Shown here piece by piece: positions 58,270-64,000 of a DNA stretch of 64,000 nt. A program made the position numbers and the translations under genes. Each line of letters begins with the position of its first letter. The first letter of the stretch is position 1. The notes beneath the pieces were generated by a model. The model searched no databases. It saw only the letters and a program-made list of their open reading frames with translations, and was not told the origin of the DNA. The stretch comes from Vicugna vicugna (taxonomy: Eukaryota). The stretch is taken from the NCBI GenBank assembly GCA_013265495.1, contig MU057887.1, forward strand, positions 2,141,576 to 2,205,575. Direction: 5' to 3'.

Positions 58270-58645
58270 TTTGTTTTAATTGAAGTATAGCTGATTTACA
58301 ATTATAGTTAGTTCCTGGTGTACAGCATAACGATTCAGTTATACATACATATTCTTTTTTATAGTTTTTTCATTACAGGTTATTACAAGCTATTGAATAT
58401 AGTTCCCTGTGCTGTACAGTAGGACCCTGTTGTTGATCTATTCTGTATATAGTCATTTGTATCTGCTAATCTCAAACTCCTCATTTATCCCTCCTCCCTT
58501 CCCCCTTTGGTAACCAGAAACTTGTTTTCTATGTCTGTGAGCCTCAGTTTTGTAAATAAGTTCATTTGTGTCATTTTTTTCAGATTCCACATGTAAGTGA
58601 CATCACAGGACACTTGTCCCTGCCTGACTTACTGCATTTAGTGGG
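58270..58645 (-). mobile_element. Cetartiodactyl-type L1 3' end (5'-truncated)
   Basis: TTTTAATTGAAGTATAGCTGATTTACAAT...GGTTATTACAAGCTATTGAATATAGTTCCCTGTGCTGTACAGTAGG...CAGATTCCACATGTAAGTGACATCA; same family as 39243-39990. Confidence 0.9.
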
Positions 58646-61600
58646 ACCCGCTCTGGTGCACCCATCTTTCTTTACAGCGTTTCCTCCTCTCTGTCTTCTC
58701 TGTCCTCCCAGTGGCCTTTTTGTCTCCCACGCTCCTACCTGTATGCTCCCGTGTATTTGCTCCTCAGGCTTCCGGGGACAGACCCTCCCCGGCCCCCCTG
58801 ACTTGCTCTCAGCTGTGTCCACTCCACCCTTCAGCCCACCCAGGCCGCTTTCCACACCAGCTGCCACGTTTTTCAAGTTTGTCATCTCACATTGGTTCCT
58901 CTTTACACCTTAGTCTCACCTTAGCTTCATGTCTTAAACGTCTTTTTAAAAAAGATAATGAGTCTTGTTTCTATTTTGTCTGCCATAAATTCTTTCATAT
59001 TGACTGCAGTCCCTAAATATCATTACTGTGACTTCTGAGTTCAAATGCCACCCTGTTTGCTGGTGATGTGTCCTGGGATGGGGCAGTGCCCCCTCCAGCT
59101 GGTGGTCTTCCCGGGACATTGTGCCCGGAGAAGAGAGATGCCCCAGGGAGGAGCCTTGGGTGTCACCGGGTGTCTCCTGTCTGTGTGTTGCCTTTTAAAA
59201 AGTTTCAGTCTTGGTGCTGACCATCTAACCCTCCAGGTCTGGAGGGAGGCAGGGGATGGTTCCAAACGGTAGCTGTCCTTTGTCTGCCTGCTGTTGCGCA
59301 CGTCCACCGTGAGTAGAGGCGGAAGCCAGCATGTTAGCTTCGTTCTAGAGGCTCTTTAGAGGACCAGAGCTCAGACGCACAGTTGGGTGGGCCTGGGACA
59401 CCATGGGGGGCATCAGAGTCACCTGCGGTTGGGCAGCTGAGCTGGGCTGGGGTAATCACGGGTCTGTGAGTGACCTCAGCCTGAGAGGAGAGAGGTGCCC
59501 TCCGCCACCTGCAGCTTCACCGGATCCCTTCTGCACCACGGAGATCTTGCTGATCCAACTGCTTACCGACTGGGATGCGGAGGGACAGTCCCGGGAGTGG
59601 GAGGCCGGGGGAGACGGGCCCCAGGGCGGGCTCTCAGCCCCTACACAGCTCTCCCACCGGGGAGTCCGCGCCACGGCCAGGCTCCTCGCCGCTCCCCGCC
59701 CCGGGAGGCTGCCTGGGTATCAGCCTGGGGGGCGTCCTGGCCCCCTGGGGCGGTGCCTGCCTGCGCCAAACCTCCCACCGCAGCACACAGGAGCATCTTG
59801 TGCAGATCTGTCCTGACCAGCGGTAGTTTCTGAACACCGATTGTTACAGTTGCTGCTGTTCCGGGAGAAACAAAGCCTGAGACTCAGACTAAAAACACGA
59901 GGCAAGCTTGTCTTCCATCTACTCCTCACACCCCAAGTTAGGATTCGGCCTTCGCGGTCGGATGGGAAGCCTGTGGTCTGCTCCCTCGCAGTCTGGGGAC
60001 AGCGGCTCCCGCGTGCGCAGCCGCGGCCACCAGCTCCACAGCGCACCCGGTCACGCAGCCTGAATCCCGGGTCCCGGCTTTGCAAACGCACGGGCCGCGG
60101 GAGCTGCGGGCGCCCTCCTCCGCAGCCTCGGTGTTTACAGAGTCGTTGGGATGGCCTCGCGCTGGGACCTGAGCCCAGTCGCCGTCTCAGCGAGCTGAGT
60201 GATGGGACCGTTGCCTTCTCCTCTTTCCTTCGATTCCGGATCCATGGTTCCTGGATGATGGGGCCGCGCCGGTCAGGACAGGCAGGGAGAAATCCCGAGG
60301 CAGCTGGAAGGAGACCCTCCGGACGGCGTGAGCAGGTGGACTGCACCTGGGGAGCTGAGGGGAGCTGAGTCCCCCCTTGGATGCTACGCACAGGCGATCG
60401 TTTCCCGCGGTCCCTTCCTTGCGTGGCTGTGCCGGTGCGGCGGCGGAGGGCGGGCCGGCCGCAGTAGGGACACCCTGTCCGCACCCTCCCGACCTCAGAC
60501 AGGCAGCCATCGGTGTTCGCACCGCTGAGAAAGGCGCGGGGCTCCGCCAGGTCTTCAGCAAGCACCAGCGCAGTCTCAGCCCGGGGTGGGGGTGGGGGGC
60601 TCTGCGCTGCGTGGACCCGCCTCCAGCTTCGCCTTATCCGTGCGCACGCGCACTCGCACGGCCGCAAACACGCGCACACACTGATTCAAACCTGTTTGAA
60701 CTCACTCTTACGCTTAAAACAATGCAAAGCTCCCCTTGTCCAGAAGTTGGAGCCCCTAACCTGACAAGCAGTGCCCTTTCCCCTTTGTCCTCTGATGACC
60801 TCTTGAAGCCCAGCCCCCTGCCGGCCCTCCCTCTTTGTTTTCCAGGGACCAAGACTCCGCGTACAAGTTCCCCAAAGCCACACTGTTTCAGGTGCCTGTG
60901 TCTTCGTGTTTGTTCCGTGCAAACGTCCCCACACCCAGAGCCCAGCTCAGACACGCCTCCCGGGCTGCCTTCCTGGATCCAGAGACGCGCCGGTCGCAGG
61001 AAGCGCCCGTGCCCATCGCCCCCGGGGCAGCCGCGGATCCCCTCCTGCAGTTGGCGCGGTGGCGTCTGTCAGAGAGGAGGCTCGGGGCCGCCTGCCAGGG
61101 CGGGTCCCGGCGGAGCCAGGGCCCAGGGGGAAGCGCCGTCCCCTCTCGGGACGACCTCACCGGGCGGCTGCTTTTATTCCAGCGCGTCCCCCAGTCCTGA
61201 CTCTTCTCAAAGAGTCAAAGCGAACAGGAGCCCAGGGAGGATCTGTTAGATGTTTCTTCGTTTCCCTCTAAAGCTCAGCGGCTGCAAAAGGAGGCATTTA
61301 TTTTAAAACATAAACTGTGGTTGGCGGAGTGCAGGTGTGGGTCTCTCCATCACCCCTAAGCCCCCGGCTCTGCCGCTGTCTACCGCCTCCAGCCCAGACA
61401 CCCCTTCACGGTGTGTTTTCTTCCACCAGGTGACAGGGAGGTGATCTGGCTGTCCTGGACACCACTGCTGACCCACTGATGTCACTAAACTTCCCCCAAG
61501 TGGAGAAATAAAAGGGAACCACTTTTCTTGCCTTCTTACAAGTCCCCCGTCCACTCTGCCAGAGAAATCCCAGAGCTCCCTGGCTCTGGGCTGGGGGGAC

Positions 61601-62849
61601 CAAGAGTGCGCTGCGGGGAGGTGTCGGGGCATCTTCTTGAGTCGCACTTGCTGAGTGGCCCTGCCCACCCCCTGCTACCCAGAAGCAACCCCAGGACTCT
61701 GGGAAAACATCTCTGACTAACGCCAGCCCCAGTATTGCTCCTCCATGCCTCCCTCCTCCCACTCCACCCCTCACACCATTCCCAGAATCATCTAACAGGC
61801 AGATCTGATGGGGTTCGCCCTGCTTGAAACCCTGCCGAGGTCTGTCTGACCCTTCCCGCCTGCTCCTGCCCACCGGCCCACCTGCCTGGCGTCACCCCCG
61901 CCATCCTGCCCCTGGCGCTCCACTTCCCCCCGGGGGGAACCATCTGGTGCATGTTCCATCATCTGTGGTGGAGGAAGAGGTTTTTCTGTCCATCACAGAC
62001 AGTGCTTTGAAAACGACAGCAAAAAAGAAATTACTCAGAAAATGAAATCAAAAGGCAAACAAAGCACAGCCTCCATGCTTTTATTAGTAATTTCAACAGA
62101 CATAAAATTACTCTGTCAATTTTTTATGAACACCTCTAAATGCTTGCTCTCAGTGTTTGTTCTCCTCCCACCCTGAGCTGTGACCACCGTTTTGCGGACC
62201 AGCACAGCCCCAGAGACCACACTGGGCGAGGCGCTGATGGAAGAGATCCGCACCGTCTCTTGCCTGAGGGTTGGCCCTGCCGCACCCTCTGCTGGCCCTC
62301 CCAGCCCCTGTGGATGACCTGACTGTCACTCCTCTCCAGGGTGGGAGCCTCCCTTCCTCCAGCGTCTCCCTGGACCCCCTGTCCAAGCCGAATGCCCCTC
62401 CTCTGTGCTCGTGTGGGACGGCTGGCCCCTCCCTGGGGCACAGGCATACAGCCGGTTCTCGTAGTGCTTCTGAAGGGCATGGAGGTGCACCTGCACACAG
62501 AGAGGTCCAGGTGGCACTGTGATCAGCATCCCTCAAAACGTGGGCTGTGACCTCCGTGTGAGTGCTGCCACTTTGGGTTGGAAACGTGGGGCTATAAGTG
62601 AATCCTTCCCTATTGGGATCCAGGGAAGGACACAGCTTTGGCTCCGTGGAATCTCCGAGATGATTTACAAAGACATGTGGCACCGTTTGCCTGCATGCCA
62701 GGAGTGCGTGTTGTGCTTTGGGTGTCCATTTGTTGAGTCTAATGAGAAGCATTAATGTGATGTCCTTTAGCAGATGGCAGGTGTGGCATTAAAACAGTTA
62801 TTATGACCGAAATCCATATGTTGAAAAGTTATGTAGACTCATAGGGGAG

Positions 62850-63015
62850 ATTAGAAACAGGCTTAAATTAAACTTCTAGCAATGAAACCTACAAAGCACC
62901 GAATGACAAGTGGACTGGAGGGGCCGAACAGCGGAAGAGATCTTGCAGAAGACAATGTTAGCTTGAAGGTGTTCCCATAAAAATGATCCAAAATGCAACA
63001 CTGGGAGAGGAGAGT
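62850..63015 (+). mobile_element. L1 ORF1 coiled-coil fragment
   Basis: AAACTTCTAGCAATGAAA...CTGGAGGGGCCGAACAGC...GCAGAAGAC...ATCCAAAATGCAACAC resembles old L1M ORF1. Confidence 0.5.
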
Positions 63016-63024
63016 AAACCTGGG

Positions 63025-64000
63025 GACACTTTTTATTGCTGAGTAGAATTCTGCTGTTTAGCGATATGACATTTTGATGATCTATTCAACAGGTGATGAA
63101 CGTTTGGTTTGTTTCCAGTGTTTGGCTGTTACACCGAGAGCTGCAGGAGAATTTCGAGCACACGGCTTTGTGCAGATTCCTGCCTCCAAGTCTCCTGGGT
63201 TAAAAATGAGGTGTGGGCTTGCTGGGGTTATGGTGAGCTTACGTTTGACTTTTGGAGAGATCGCCAGTTATTCTAAAATGACTGCCCTATTATACCCTCC
63301 CCAGTTCCACGTGCAGTTGGAACTCCCCAGTTCTCTCCCTCCTCTCCAACACCTGTTATGGTCTGTCTCATTGCTTACAGCCACTGTCGTGCGTGTGACG
63401 TAGTATCTCATTGGGGTCTTAATTTGCATTTTTAATGCCTAAGTGATGATGAGCATCTTTTTATGTGTTTAAAACCATGTGCATCTCTTCATTGGTGAAA
63501 TATCTATTCAAAATTTTTGTCCATTAAAAAAAATTGGGTTGTTTTCTTATTTTTGAGTTGTAAACTTTCTTGATATATTCCAGATACAAGCTCTTTACCA
63601 GACAACAATTTGTATATATTTCTCCCAATTTTTGGTTTGCCTTTTAAGAGTTTCTTTCAAAGAGCAAACATTTTAAATTTTGATGGAATCCAGTTGATCA
63701 AATTCATTTCTGAGGAATGCCTCTTTGGTGTCACGTTTAAGAAACCTTTGCCTCAGCAAAGATCGTGAAGATTTTCTCCTATGTTTTCTTCTCAGCATTC
63801 AAGATTGTCATGATTGCAATGGGCATCTGGTACATTTTGAGTTAATTTTGCACACGGTGCGTGGTAAGCCTCTGCGCTCCTTCCCCCTCCCTCCTCCTCA
63901 GTTGACCCTCAGTGGTGGGGTTTATTTCTAGACTCTTAATTCTGTTTCAGTCACCTTTGTCTCTCCTTATGCCAATACCACACGTTATTGGTTACTATGG
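63025..64000 (-). mobile_element. Old L1 (L1MC/ME-type) antisense, running off the window end
   Basis: TTTTTATTGCTGAGTAG...GTATCTCATTG..GTCTTAATTTGCATTT...GATGAGCATCTTTTTATGTG...TATGCCAATACCACAC. Confidence 0.85.

Noticed and set aside
59720..61249. Longest ORFs (319 aa on minus, 290 aa on plus)
   Set aside because: Pro/Arg/Gly/Ala-rich, overlapping on both strands, with no recognisable domain. Expected from stop-codon scarcity in GC-rich DNA.

Overview
This window is GC-rich mammalian non-coding DNA, either intergenic or deep intronic. I recognise no protein-coding exon, RNA gene, CRISPR array or prokaryotic element. The ORF track is explained by GC-rich noise, microsatellites and decayed L1 ORF1/ORF2. 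A large part of the window is interspersed repeats: old L1M LINEs (a nested stack at ~7.8-18 kb and another at ~53-58.6 kb), MLT1/MLT2, MER21-like and MER31-like LTRs, and MIR/L2 relics. Three cetartiodactyl-type L1 3' ends, one further camelid-like L1 3' end, and the absence of Alu, B1, Bov-tA, PRE1, CHR and SINEC elements suggest a cetartiodactyl, most likely a camelid (inference). The best signals are: (1) a compact cardiac-type motif cluster (MEF2, T-box, NKX2-5, GATA, TEAD, MEIS) at 24.15-24.42 kb; (2) an intact 585-bp ERVK-type solo LTR with a perfect 6-bp target-site duplication (TSD) at 8134-8718; (3) ancient L1/MIR copies shifted AT->GC into CpG-rich patches, consistent with GC-biased gene conversion (gBGC); (4) PBX/HOX and K50-homeodomain motif clusters; (5) a fold-back duplication at an MLT2 end. 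Repeat family names come from recalled consensus sequences, not a RepeatMasker run. Boundaries are approximate unless TSDs are quoted. I found no new multi-gene biological system.
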